Shown: positions 15,001 through 27,689, counted from the first letter of the stretch. The stretch is DNA of 64,000 nt from Cyanophora paradoxa CCMP329 (GCA_004431415.1 QPMI01000494.1:248001-312000); one strand, 5' to 3'. Numbers and translations are program-made. The notes: a model not told the origin generated them from the sequence alone.

Positions 15001-18000
15001 TCTGTCTTCCAGTGCGCGAAACCAAACCGTTTTCACGGGCCCGCGCCACGCCGGGGCTGACGCATCTGCTGCTTTGCGCGCGTGCAGGTACGGCGTGCTC
15101 CGCAACGGGCAGCAGATCGCCACGGTACCGGTGCCAGCGTCGGGCGCCGAGACCACCGTGTTCACGGCGAACTGCGTGCAGCCCGGCTCCGCCTTCTCGA
15201 TCGTGCCCCTCTCGGCGACCGGCAACCCGAGCGGCCCCAGCAGCGTCGCTGTTCCTGTGGCTATGGTCGCAGCCGGCGCCGCCGCGGGTGCAGCGGCTGG
15301 CTATGGCGCTGGCAACGGAACACGCAGCTTCGCCGCCCCTGGCGCGCCCTCGAACCTGCAGCTGACGGGCATCTCGGCGGGCCTCATGGGCGGCGCCTCG
15401 GGCACCCTCTCGTGGAGCCGCCCGGCCTCGGGCGCCCCCGAGAGCTACCAGGTCCTCATGAACGGCGCCCCCGCCGGCTCCGTCTCGGGCGGCAAGACCT
15501 CGGTCACCGTGTCCGACCTCCTGGTCGGCGGCATCACGACCCTCAGCGTCGTCCCCGTCGGCCCGGGCGGCGTGCGCGGCGCGGAATCGGCTCCGCTCGT
15601 CGCCGGCATCCCGTCGGACGCGGGCTCGAGCTCGGGCATCGCACTGACGGCGGCGGTGGCCGGCGCCTCGAGCGCCCGCCTCGCGTGGACTCGGCCGCGC
15701 GGCGGCGCCTACGGCCCGATTTCGCAGTGCGCGCGAATCCCATTCGCGGCCGCGAAACGCGCTGCCCGCGACGCGCCCCTCGCTGACCTCCATTTCCGCA
15801 GGTATGCGGTCCTCAGCAACGGCCAGCAGATCGCGACCGTCCCGTACGCGTCGTCGAGCTCCGCCCTCGCCACTTTCACGGCGAACAACGTGCAGCCCGG
15901 CGCCGTCTTCTCGGTCGTGCCCCTCTCGGCAGCCGGCAACCCGAGCGGCCCCGGCAGCCTCGACGTCCCGCTCTCGGGCTCCGGCGGCGCGGGCTTCGGC
16001 GCCCCGTCGGCCCCCTCGAACCTGCAGCTGACGGGCGTCGACTCGGGCCTCATGGGCGGCACCTCGGGCACCCTCTCGTGGAGCCACCCGGCCTTGGGCG
16101 CCCCCGAGAGCTACCAGGTCCTCATGAACGGCGCCCCCGCCGGCTCCGTCTCGGGCGGCAAGACCTCGATGAGCGTCTCGGACCTGCCGCGCGGCGGCGT
16201 CGCGAACCTGAGCGTCGTGCCCATCGGCGCCGGCGGCGTGCGCGGCGCGGCGTCGGCCCCGCTGTACGCAGGCATCCCGTCGGACCCCGGCTCGGGCATC
16301 GTGCTGACGACGGCGGCGGCCGGCGCCTCGAGCGCCCGCCTTGCGTGGACCCACCCCCGCGGCGCCGCCTCCGGCTCTGTCTTCCAGTGCGCGAAACCGT
16401 TTTCGCGGGCCCGCGCCACGCCGGGGCTGACGCATCTGCTGCTTTGCGCGCGTGCAGGTACCGCGTGCTCCGCAACGGGCAGCAGATCGCCACGGTGCCG
16501 GCGTCGGGCGCCGAGACCACCGTGTTCACGGCGAACGGCGTGCAGCCCGGCTCCGCCTTCTCGATCGTGCCCCTCTCGGCGACCGGCAACCCGAGCGGCC
16601 CCGGCAGCGTCGCTGTTCCTGTGGCTATGGTTGCAGCCGGCGCCGCCGCGGGTGCAGCGGCTGGCTATGGCGCTGGCAACGGAACACGCAGCTTCGCCGC
16701 CCCTGGCGCGCCCTCGAACCTGCAGCTGACGGGCATCTCGGCGGGCCTCATGGGCGGCGCCTCGGGCACCCTCTCGTGGAGCCGCCCGGCCTCGGGCGCC
16801 CCCGAGAGCTACCAGGTCCTCATGAACGGCGCCCCCGCCGGCTCCGTCTCGGGCGGCAAGACCTCGGTCGCCGTGTCCGACCTCCTGGTCGGCGGCATCA
16901 CGACCCTCAGCGTCGTCCCCGTCGGCCCGGGCGGCGTGCGCGGCGCGGAATCGGCTCCGCTCGTCGCCGGCATCCCGTCGGACGCGGGCTCGGGCATCGC
17001 ACTGACGGCGGCGGTGGCCGGCGCCTCGAGCGCCCGCCTCGCGTGGACTCGGCCGCGCGGCGGCGCCTACGGCCCGATTTCGCAGTGCGCGCGAATCCCA
17101 TTCGCGGCCGCGAAACGCGCTGCCCGCGACGCGCCCCTCGCTGACCTCCATTTCCGCAGGTATGCGGTCCTCAGCAACGGCCAGCAGATCGCGACCGTCC
17201 CGTCGTCGAGCTCCGCCCTCGCCACTTTCACGGCGAACAACGTGCAGCCCGGCGCCGTCTTCTCGGTCGTGCCCCTCTCGGCGGCCGGCGAGGCGAGCGG
17301 CCCCGGCAGCCTCGACGTCCCGCTCTCGGGCTCCGGCGGCGCGGGCTTCGGCGCCCCGTCGGCCCCCTCGAACCTGCAGCTGACGGGCGTCGACTCGGGC
17401 CTCATGGGCGGCACCTCGGGCACCCTCTCGTGGAGCCACCCGGCCTCGGGCGCCCCCGAGAGCTACCAGGTCCTCATGAACGGCGCCCCCGCCGGCACCG
17501 TCTCGGGCGGTAAGACCTCGATGAGCGTCTCGGACCTGCCGCGCGGCGGCGTCGCGAACCTGAGCGTCGTGCCCATCGGCGCCGGCGGCGTGCGCGGCAC
17601 GGCGTCGGCCCCGCTGTACGCCGGCATCCCGTCGGACCCCGGCTCGGGCATCGTGCTGACGACGGCGGCGGCCGGCGCCTCGAGCGCCCGCCTCGCGTGG
17701 ACCCGCCCCCGCGGCGCCGCCTCCGGCTCTGTCTTCCAGTGCGCGAAAGCAAACCGTTTTCACGGGCCCGTGCCACGCCGGGGCTGACGCATCTGCTGCT
17801 TTGCGCGCGTGCAGGTACGGCGTGCTCCGCAACGGGCAGCAGATCGCCACGGTGCCGGCGTCGGGCGCCGAGACCAACCTGTACACGGCGAACGGCGTGC
17901 AGCCCGGCTCCGCTTTCGCGATCGTGCCCGTCTCGGCGACCGGCAACCCGAGCGGCCCCGGCAGCGTTGAGGTGCCTCTTTCGACGACTGGTGACGGTCG

Positions 18001-18037
18001 GCATACGCAGACGTACACATCTGGGTCCTTCTACTAG
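39..18037 (+). CDS. Giant multi-exon single-pass receptor (5' end outside window): unknown N-terminal region, FN3, Pro/Thr linker, PKD/REJ-like module, GPS autoproteolysis motif, TM, about 26 FN3-like repeats
   Basis: Spliced exons give REJ-like motifs (VLTAVIAGGDRSVGRDASFVVDG..SYNP..YEYQW at 4733-4920; PPKPGQCSVTP..VTAEGWT..LPLSYT at 5920-6120), GPS ..LFWN..WEPC..RCTHLTTF (8797-8817), TM LPFILPIAFGIGGVALLLAGFAVA (8998-9069) followed by KAK, then FN3-like repeats in frame through GT/GC-AG introns to stop 18035-18037. Linking exons 39-4350 to the same gene is inferred. Confidence 0.75.
11245..17975 (+). repeat. Five near-identical ~1365-bp tandem units (each 4 FN3-like domains and 2 introns)
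   Basis: Units start at about 11245, 12611, 13974, 15347 and 16711 (CCCTCGAACCTGCAGCTGACGGGCATC). Each has two related halves, and the introns are repeated along with the exons. Confidence 0.97.
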
Positions 18038-18534
18038 ATAAACTGCTTCTCGCGATCGGTATAGATCGCTTACGCTACTAGGGTAATGATATGTTGCAAA
18101 TTGGCGTACATACTGTTCCGCTGTCGGACGTGCATTAAATGATTATCGCTGTCGGACCTTGCACATGCCGCAGTGCAATCGCAATCATTGAACGCCCTGC
18201 AATTATGCACTTTCGACACTTTCAAAAACGAGACGCCACGTGCACGTGCACGGCCTGTATACGTACATGTCAAGCATCGTTCCTTTCCTTTTATAACGGA
18301 AGCTATAGAGGGCATTGCGGCTTAAGCTTCTTCGAAAGGGCTTTTCTTTCGAATTTGAAGCTAACTATAGAGGCGCACGGTAATTAATATAATCTCGGAA
18401 TCCGCGGCGTCATTTTTAAATTAGCGAATTGGCATTAAATATTGCCGTCGGCACTTGCTACCGTAGTACGTATATACGGCCTACAGTACAGTCCGCTACA
18501 CAAACGTTAACGTTACCACTACCATTACTAGTAC

Positions 18535-19720
18535 TTAGGCATCCGCTGCGTCATTTGCATATTCGGCCTCGACATCCAGCATCTGACGCGCGAGCCCGAT
18601 CTTAGGCGAAACTTGACACGGATCAATTCGAAATCAAGATTGAAGGGACGCACGGTGATCTCGGAGTCGGCCTCGGCGAGGTCGAGGTCGAATTCGAGCT
18701 CCATGGCCACCTGCTGAGCCTCCTCGTCCAGCTGAGTCACCTGCGCCGGATTGGATTCAGTGTTTCTTAAGCTTTAAATTTAATTTGGCCCAGAGCGGAT
18801 TGCAGCGCGGCAAAAATACGAACTGCGTTGCAAACGGTGTCGTACTGTGCGCGGTAAGACTTGCCGCCCGCGTCCTTGCAACTGCGGCGGGCGGAAGATG
18901 GCATCGATATCGATACCGCGGCCGGCAGCACGCACGCGCATATGCATCTTCAGCAAATCATTGAATCTAGACACGCCGAACTATGCCTGCAATCGCAGAT
19001 GTGGTATGGAGGATGAACTCACGAGGAGGTGGACTCGTGGCCCTTCCCAAGGGCTGAGCCAGAGCAATCCGAGCTTGTGAAGCAGAAGCCATTCCACTGG
19101 TCCTCACCTAGTCTCGTTTAAGACAGAGCAAAAGGATAATTATATATATAAGAAGAATAGAATGGTTTGCAGACAGTAAGGGTTTGAGTTTGATGTAGGA
19201 GGATGCTGAACCCCGAATCCAACGGCGGTTACTGGTTAGATTTTTGCATGCATGCGCATGGCTTGGGCGATCGCGAGCGCGGTCAGAACTTCGGAACATT
19301 AAAAGAGGTGACGCACAAAAACACTCCAACCCTTGTAGGTGTCCGAGAAACAACTGCGAAATGGAGTATCAGCGGTGCGCGTGCGCTCACGGCGGCGCGA
19401 ATCTAATTGTAAAGCAGCATGCGCAAGTCGGCCGCACTCGGCCTTGGTGTTGATCTGATTGCCATTGGAGTAAGTGATCCTCGTCCCAGCGCAGCCCTTC
19501 GACTGTTACAGTGCTCCGACCGGTCAGTGTTTCGTTGAGCTCGAGAGATGCGCATGCATATGCATGCGCAGCTGGGATCATAGATCATATAGACACGCAC
19601 CGCAAAGCACGGCATGTTTACGCAGTGATTTTGATGAAGATTCCGAAGTTCTGGTCACTGGCCGCGGGTGGATGCTGCAGTGGAGTGAGAGGCACTGGCA
19701 CTATGTGACTGCAGACTCAG
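18535..19720 (-). CDS. Possible small multi-exon gene or relic of unknown function
   Basis: Minus-strand exons with AG/GT boundaries read CKDAGGKSYRAQYDTVCNA|VTQLDEEAQQVAMELEFDLDLAEADSEIT|MLDVEAEYANDAADA*. Upstream exons are uncertain. Confidence 0.35.
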
Positions 19721-20055
19721 TGCAGAGTTGTGCAGACCTACTAGCTATAGCCTAGAAGGAGCCTAGTCTCAGCCTACTACTAGCACTGGGAGGCACTGGT
19801 ATTGTGGCAGGCCTAGGCGCCGGCTGGAAGCCTGCTGCCGGGCCCGGGGCCCGGGCTAGCGCTAGCGCTGGACTCCGGGATCCGGATAGCGATCGCCGAT
19901 CGTTATCGGTCGTTCAGAGTCACTGCAAGACCTACAAGCCTAGAAGGAGCTGCAATTTGTCGAAAAAAAGATGCCAAGTACAGAAGAGCTATCTAGATCT
20001 CCGAAGAGTCTAAGAAAAAGAGGTTGCGACTTGAGTCGCGAGCCTCGGCGGAATT

Positions 20056-20258
20056 TCAAATTAATGCGTTTTTCGCTGGCAAAACGCATTAATTTGGGAC
20101 CGCATTAATATCGAAACGCTAAGAAACTGCTGTATAGTATGTACCCCCCTACTGCAGCCAAAAAGCTTCAAAACGCATTAATTCGGCGCCGCATTATTAT
20201 CAATACATGCAAGGGGTCCTATAAACCGCATTAATTTCTGGCGCATTAATTAAGTGCT
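20056..20258. mobile_element. MITE-like hairpin repeat family A (GCATTAAT-rich), copy 1
   Basis: Clear homology to 34070-34302 and, inverted, to 27410-27570. Internal hairpin CAAATTAATGCGTTTT..AAAACGCATTAATTTG. Confidence 0.7.
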
Positions 20259-20274
20259 ACACCCGCCTATTATA

Positions 20275-20522
20275 TAATTACCCGGCCCGAGGATCGAATG
20301 TTTTTCGAAGGGCCAAAATACCGCGGTACGTATACCAAATTACCGCGTTTTACAAAATTTGAGGCTTGAATTAAGTTGTATGGGGCGGTAATTGTGGGGG
20401 GTACTATATGGAGCAACTTGGCTGCAGCATATTACCGCGCCCGGTACCAAATTACCGCGTTTTAACAAATTCTCGGCGCAGTAATTTGGTACCGCGGTAA
20501 TTCAGTGGGCGCGGTATTATAG
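20275..20522. repeat. MITE-like repeat built from ATTACCGCG / CGCGGTAAT motifs
   Basis: Direct repeat GGTACCAAATTACCGCGTTTTA at about 20325 and 20443, plus inverted copies near 20483-20520. Confidence 0.5.
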
Positions 20523-20690
20523 TGCCACAAGGTAGTACCACTGCCAAGCACTGCCAACATGTTGCCAAGCGCTAGTACGTACTACCGTAGTACCGCCGTC
20601 TACCGGTACCGCAGTACGGCAGGTACGGTACGGCATCGCTATAGTCCAACGATATCGATTTCGACGGAAATTCGACCCCATCTACCAGGG

Positions 20691-23081
20691 CTACAGCGCC
20701 GCCGCCTCAAAGAGGGGCCGGCCAGCGTCCTCCGCCTCCCGCGCCGCTGAGCGCTCTGCCGCCCGGACCGCCCGTGCCCTCCGATCCTGCGCTAAGGTAA
20801 GAAGGGGGAGGGGGGGGGGGGGGGGGGGAAGAGAGGAAGGGGCCCCGGGAGGGGTACGGCGCACGTGGAGGGGCAGGTCCTCGTCGGGGTCACCGGGGGG
20901 GGCGAGGCGTCCCATCGCGTCGGCCATCCTGGAGAGGGGCCGGGAGGGGCGAGGGGCGAGGGGTATCGGCTGGGGCAGGGAGGGCTGTGGGGCGGGCGGG
21001 GGTCGCACCTCGCGCCCATATTCCCGCCCCGCGCACGGAGCGCCGCAGCGAGGTCATGGTACTGAGCCAAAGCCAGAGGGGGTGCGAGGTCAGGGGCGCG
21101 AATGAAAAAAAAACAATCTTTGGGGGTACGCGCACGCGGCGGATCTCGGCCTGCACGATCGAGAGCGGGGTGTCCTCGGCGGCGGCGGCCGCCGCGGAGC
21201 TGCGCCGGCGGGCGGCGGCGGAGGGCGGGGGCCCGGCCTCGGCCGCCCTCCTCGCGGCGTGGAGCAGCCTCTTGAGGCCGGGTTCGATTCCCTGTTGGCA
21301 TCAATATTATCAGCGGAGGGACGAGGGAAGCCCGTCACTTCGTTCGCGCGCGCACCGGCTCGGCCATGGCTGCGGCGAAAGCGTCGGCCCTGGAGGGGGG
21401 GGGGGCCTCTCCGGCGGCGGCCGCTCGCCGCCGCCGGCGCTCGTCGCCGGCCCTCAAGTGAGCGGGCAGGCGCTCAGACAGGCGAGCCACCATCGCCTGA
21501 GCCGGCTCAGGGGTACGCGCAACGCGTACCCCCGGAATCAATCGCACCTTCGTCGCGGCCTCGAGTCGCGAGTCGATGTGTACCCAGGCGAGCGCCTCGC
21601 CCCGCGCGAGAGGCGCCTCGCCCTGACTCTGCGGCGCGGGCTCGAACCCGCGCGGGAGGATTCGTCCGGGCGAGGCGCGCACCTTCTGTGCGTCGCGCTT
21701 GGAGGAGGGGGCGGGGGGCTGGGAGGGGGCCGTGGTACGCTGGGACGCAGGGGACGAGGAGCGAGAGGTGGCGGGGGATGAAGCGGCGGAGGTGCGCCGG
21801 GCGGGGGGTACGTCGTTCGGGGCGGCGTTGAAGGGGGCGGGGGTGGGGGACGGGGACGAGGAGGGTACGCTGGTGGGCGTGGATGGCCGGGGCCGGCAGT
21901 GGGCGGCGTGGGGGGCGGCGGCGGCGGAGCCCGGGGGGTAGCAGAGCGGGCGGAGGTGGGCGGGAGAGGGGAAGGGCGGAGGAGGCGGAGGCAGAGACGG
22001 AGGCGGGAGGCGGCGGCGGCGCGGGCGCAGCAGCAGCGGCGGCGGCGGCGCCGCCGCCGGTGCGCGTGGGGACGGGTTTCGCAGGGCCGGGCGGGGCTGC
22101 GCGGCCGGCTCAAGTGCGAAGGGCGAAGGCCCGCGGGGCGGCGCGAGTCGCACCTTTGCACCGCTGTGCGGTTTTGGAGCGGCGGTCGCGGGGATACCGA
22201 CGCGCGGGGCTCGGCGCGGCGGCCGCGGCGGCGGAGGACGAGGAGGAAGGGCGCGGGGCGGGAGCGGCTGTGGAGGACCGGGGGCTTGGCGCGGCGGCGG
22301 CCGCCCCGCCGGAGCCCTGCGTCCCGGCGCGAGTCCTCCCCGCGCCCAATGCGCCCGCCGAAGCGCTCTTGGGCGGACCCGCGGGCGGCTTGGCGGCCGC
22401 GGCGGAGGCGGAGGCGGCGGAGGCGCGCGGCTGCTGCTGCGGGACGGAAACGGCGCCCGGCGGCTTTGGGAACGTCTGCATGAAGCGCGACTGGACCGCT
22501 GGATCGAATTTCAGCGGAAATCCAGCGCGCGGCGGCCGCGGGGGCGCACCCTTCACCCGCCGCTTGCGCGCCGCTGCGGGGTCGGCCGCCTCCTGCGCGG
22601 CGTTCTCCAGCGCTCCCGCGAGCCACTGCGCGTTCTCGAGCGTGTCCGGGAGCCCCGGCACGGGCGTCGGCAGGTCCTCGTCGGCGTCCTTCCGCTCGGG
22701 CGGCGGGACGAGCGCGTCGACCTCCTCGCCGTGGATGATCCTCAGGCTCGCGGCGTGGCGGAAGAGCTCCGTCGCCTCGTCGATCTCTCGGCTCTCCGCT
22801 TCCTGCACGACCTGCTTCGTCTCCTCGTCGACCGAGGCTGCGCAACGCCGTGGAGTTTGAGCATGGGGCGTTGGACACGGCCCCCCCAAGCCCGCCGCAC
22901 CTATGGCTGCCTGGAGGAAGTCGATCATGTACTCGTCCACGTGCAGCGATGTGCGCGTTGTGGCGCGGACGCGCTCGGGCGACTCCGTGAAGTGCGCGTC
23001 CAGCTCCGCATCGATGTCAACATAGTCGAGCGTCTCGATGCCCTCGGACGCCATCGCACTGCTCTGCTGGCCTTCCGCCAT
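20691..23081 (-). CDS. Multi-exon low-complexity protein of unknown function, head-to-head with TOP6A
   Basis: Coding-like exons MAEGQQSSAMASEGIETLDYVDID..FLQAAI|..VDEETKQVVQEAESREIDEATELFRHAASLRIIHGEEVDALVP.. The 3' exons and stop are uncertain. Confidence 0.55.
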
Positions 23082-23297
23082 CCAGCGCGGGACCTGGGAC
23101 CAGCCAGGGGGGCTACGCGATTCACCAAGCGCGGCGCGAAGACCTCCACCCGCCCGGCGCCGCACCTCGCTCGTTTCCAGCACCTTCAGGTGGACAGCAC
23201 CCGCTCTACGCACCGCCTCGCGCCCTGCGCCCCGCCGCTGATGCAGCGTAGGTCAAGTCCTCGCCGGCGCGTACGCGCGGGCAGCGGCCGCTGCAGG

Positions 23298-26200
23298 ATG
23301 TCGAGCAAGAAGGACAAAGCGATGATCGCCGAGCAGAAGAAGAAGATCAAGGACCCGGAGGCGGTCCTGAGGGTTCGCCTGCGCTTGAACGAGGCGGCGG
23401 CGCGCTGACGCGCTCCGCCAGGGCGTGACGAGGCTCGGCGAGGAGATGAAGAAGGCTCCCAAGCGGAAAGCGACGAGCGCGGCCGAGCTCGGCTACGAGA
23501 ACGTGCTGAAGGAGGTCGGCCATGCGTTGGCCGTGCGCAGCGCCGTACGCATTCGAACGCGGCGCAGGTGCGAGACATGGTGGAGGAAGACGTTTCGGCG
23601 GAGATAGAGAAGATCGTCATGCAGGCGAGCGCTCCGCGCCGCCCGCGCGGCCGCCGCCGCCGCCCGGCCCCGAGATCAAATCCGACCCGCAGACGGTGCG
23701 GTCCATCCTGGCTGGAGAAGGCTTCTCGTACACGGTTCCCAGCAAAAGCTCGAGGTGAGAGCCGCGGCGGCGGATGCGCCGCGGGGCCGCGGGACGGGCT
23801 CCGATGCGCGGCCCGTCCGCAGCAACCACCTCTATGTGCCCGAGCTGGATCGAATCGTGCTCAAGAACGCAATCACGACGCGCGCCTTTGCGAACGCGTC
23901 GTCGGTCAGGTACGCCACTGCGCCTCGCCGCCCCGCCCCGCCCCTGCGCCTCGCCGCCCCGCGCGCCCTGCCCGCCCGCCTGACAACGGCGCCGAAGGAA
24001 AACAGCGATCACGACGCGTGTTATGCAGCTGATCTACGAGCTCTGCTCCAAGAAGATTCACGTCACGAAGCGTGACCTCTTCTACACGGACGTCAAGTGC
24101 GCGCGAAGCCGCGCGGCGTACCCCCTCCTTTGTTCGCCCGCGAACGTCGTACCCCCCTCCGCAGCCTCTTCCAGCGGCAGGAGGAGTCCGACGATGTGCT
24201 CAACGACGTCGCCTGTATGGTGGGAAGGTGCGCGGAGGGTACGGGGCGCGAAGGGGGGTACGGGGGCCTGACCGCGTGCCCCGCCCGCCGCGCAGCACGC
24301 GCACGAGCCTGAACGGTGCGAGCGGCGCCGCGCCTCCACCCGGTGTACCCCACCCCTCAAGAGGGGGTACGCGCAGTCGTCGCCTCGGACAAGGGCATCG
24401 TCGTTGGGCGCATCACGTTCCGCGACGACGGTACCCTCTTTGCCCTCCATCCCCCACGCCCTGGAATCCCGTGTCCCTCCGGCTGAAGCCGCACGTACCC
24501 CAGGGGACCTCATCGACGGGACGAAGATGGGCACGGGGGGGAAGGGTGCGGACTTTCCCCTTCTTCCCCCCCCCCCCCCCCCCCCCTCCCTTCGCCCATC
24601 TCCCCCCTCCCCCTTTCTTTCCTTTGAGCTCCGCCGCTCCGCCCCCCCTGCTCCGCCCCGCTAAGCCGCTAAGCGGCCCCCGCCCCTCCCCTCGCCACTC
24701 CATCCTCCTGCAGCCCCGATCCCATCCCATCCGATCCGATCCCATCCGATCCGATCCGATCCCATCCGATCCGATCTGATCTAATCTGAATCCCCCTCCT
24801 CCCCTCCCCCCCCCCCCCCCCCCCCCCTCTCCCCTCCCCGCGCAGCGATCCCGCCGTACATCGACAAGATCACGGACATCGCTGCGCCCGACGCCAAGTT
24901 CATCCTCCTCGTCGAGAAGGATGGTGCGGTATGCGGGAGAGAGAGCTCTCGTAGGGGGCTTCCTAGGGGGCTTCCTAAGGGGCTCTAGTTCATCGAGATG
25001 TGCGGGCCCGCGTTTTGGCCCGGTCGTCTATTTCTCTTAGGAGGACACTGTAGCAGGGCTGTTCTTGTGAGGCTCGTCGAGAGGGCCGGGGGCTCGCCCG
25101 GCCGGGGGCATCCACGGATTTCCAGCGGGAAGTTGATAGCGGGCTCTACTCCTAGTTCCTCGTCGAGAAGGGGGGAGGACAGCACGCGGGGATCCCGCCG
25201 AGCCCTTAGCGAGGGGCCGCGTCTCTCGAGGCCCTCCCTCGGCGTCTCGAGAGGGCCCTCGGCCATGGATGGAAGAGGGTTCTTCTGGGCCGGGTGTGCG
25301 GCTCCGGGCCGGGGCCCATCCCTCTCTTGGCGGGGTCGCCCTGCGCTCAGCCCCCCGCCCCACACGCCTCAGACCGCCTCGTCTGATCGCCCCGCCCCGC
25401 CCCGCCCCGCCCACAGCCGCCTTCATGCGACTTGCCGAGGACCGCTTCTACAACAAGGTCCCCGCCCCGCCCGACGGAAATGGACCGCGTACCCCTCCCC
25501 ACCGTCCGACGACCGGGTCGCGCGCAGTACCCCTGCATCATCATCACGGCCAAGGGCCAGCCCGACGTAGCCACGCGGCTCTTCCTCAGGAAGGCGCGGC
25601 GTACCCCTGCCCCCTCCCCCCTCGTTTCGACTCCCGTACCCCCCTTGAGCCCTGTCCCCCCCCCGCCCGCAGCTCCGTGACACGCTGAACATCCCCATCC
25701 TCGGCCTCGTCGACTCGGACCCGTACGGGCTCAAGGTATAAAGCGTACCCCCTCCAACAAAAATGCCCACGTACCCCTCTCTGAGCCTTGTATTTTTAGA
25801 TCCTGTCGGTGTACATGTCGGGCTCGAAGGCGATGGCGTACGACAGCGCGAATCTGACTACCCCCGACATCAAGTGGCTGGGCGTCCGGTACCCCCCCTC
25901 TACTTCCTCCTCCTTCCCCCCCCCGCGCCATCTTAGAGCTCCACCGTAGAACTCCCAGCTCCTCTTGAAATATTTTGATGCTCGTACCCCCACAGGCCCT
26001 CGGACCTGGAGCGGTACAGCGTCCCGAAGCAGTGCCGCATCGCCATGACCGAAAAGGCGAGCGATCCGGCCGGCAGTAATAGCGGATGAACAGCGTAGTA
26101 GTATTGATCTGATAACGGACTGGAGTTTTGGAGTTTAAGTTGCTGGCTACATCTAATATCGGATGAACAGCGTAGTAATATTTAACGGACTGGAGTTTTA

Positions 26201-27028
26201 GTTGACGGACTGGAGTTTTGGTTGCCGGCCGCCCGTTAATGTCTAAGATTCTCAGATCGACCGAATCCCGCCTGCTCCCCCCCCCCCCCCCCCCAACACC
26301 CCCCCCCCCCCCCCTCAACTCTTCGTTCGCAGGACGTGAAGACGGGGAAGGAGCTGCTGGAGGAGGACTTCATCAAGAAGAACCCCGAGTGGCACCGCGA
26401 GCTCCAGGTCTGCCCGTACCCCCGCTTCAGGGGAGGGGGGTGGGGGGGTGGAGGGGGAGAGAGGGTGGTGGAGGAGGTGGAGGAGGTGGGCGCGGCGCCA
26501 CGCGCGCCCGGCCCCCGACATGCTGCCCCGCCCTGCCTCCCTAGGCTACCCAACCAATTATATTTAGCGATGAACTCGCGCGCGGCACCGCCCGTCCCGT
26601 ACCCCCTTCGAGCTTCTTCCCCCCTCCTCTTATTCTTACCGCTTCGAATGTGCGCAGCTGATGGTCCAGCGGCGAGAGAAAGCGGAAATCCAGGCCCTCT
26701 CCAGGTGCCGAATCTTTACGTTGAAAACCTTTATTTCTTCCATAACTGTGTGGAACGTTAATTCTGGAACCAAGTAATAATCCTTTAAGATCAGCTAAAG
26801 GCAAATTCAGAAAGGTGTCTTATTGTAGAACAATATAGTCATGCCCCGTATGTAAATCCGGCCAGTGGTCATCCGCTGAATTTAAGATGCGGCACACCCC
26901 TCCCCTTCTCTTACCCTCTCGTTCCCCTGTCTCACTCTCGTACGTACCTCATTCTCTGCAGCTTCGGGTTCCAGTACCTGAGCGAGGTTTTCCTCCCCCG
27001 GAAGCTTCAGGACTCGGACTGGATTTAG
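23298..27028 (+). CDS. TOP6A: DNA topoisomerase VI subunit A (SPO11-3 type), 19 exons
   Basis: Spliced product has [22 protein letters not shown] (catalytic Tyr), [59 protein letters not shown] and [24 protein letters not shown], collinear with plant SPO11-3. Confidence 0.96.
24717..24790 (+). repeat. (GATCC/CATCC)n microsatellite in a TOP6A intron
   Basis: Direct reading of the sequence. Confidence 0.85.
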
Positions 27029-27409
27029 CTATTTATAGCACGGATTCGCATTATAATTAGCACGTCGGCGCGGTGTTCTGGATCCCCTGACTTCCCCTTT
27101 ACAAATAAACTACAATACAGCGCGATCATGCATGCACATCATTAGCAGCGTATGCGCAATGCGCGATGCGCGTGCGAACTTCGAAAGTTGCACTGCGAAC
27201 TTGCATGCGCAGGCCTGCATCATTGCAGTTGGCTGTATGAGCCTGTATCTATATACCGGGTAGCTAGTATGCCGCAGTGCAGGAATCAGCAGCAGGCTGC
27301 GACTGGGCCAGCAGGCTGGCAGCAGCCTGCCAGGCTGTGCCAGCTGGTCCCTGAGCAGGATGCCACTGCATGCCAGCATTGCCGGAAAATACTTCATTAC
27401 TGCGCTAGA

Positions 27410-27570
27410 TATTGATGCGTTTTTTAACGCTTTCTCGTCTGCATGAAGACCTGGAGGGTACTGACTCCATGCGGTTTCTTAGCGTTCTCTTATTAATTTA
27501 TAATGCGCCAGCGGAAAACGCATTAATTGGGGGGGCGCATCAGTTAAGTGCGCGCATTACTTGAAAGTGC
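27410..27570. mobile_element. Family A repeat, inverted partial copy
   Basis: GCCAGCGGAAAACGCATTAATT..GTGCGCGCATTACTT matches the reverse complement of about 34070-34125. Confidence 0.6.
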
Positions 27571-27689
27571 TGTACGCCAATGTACGGTACCCCGGTAACT
27601 GGCGGCGAGCTCGAGCCTGGCGCAGAGTCTGTACGTATACTGACATACAGAAGCTTAAGGAATGATTAAACATTGCTGCGTAACTTAGT

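Noticed and set aside
10624-18018. Long minus-strand ORFs (up to 635 aa) over the FN3 array
   Set aside because: These are antisense shadows of GC-rich coding repeats, Arg/Ala-rich with no domain signal.
24092-24170. TOP6A DVK->DVN at an AA|GT..AG|C junction (similar in IFT22), hinting at shifted splicing
   Set aside because: Canonical GT-AG splicing gives a tolerable substitution, and no other junction needs a non-canonical shift.
23298-27028. Meiotic SPO11-1/2 call
   Set aside because: The motifs ([26 protein letters not shown]) match the SPO11-3/TOP6A clade.
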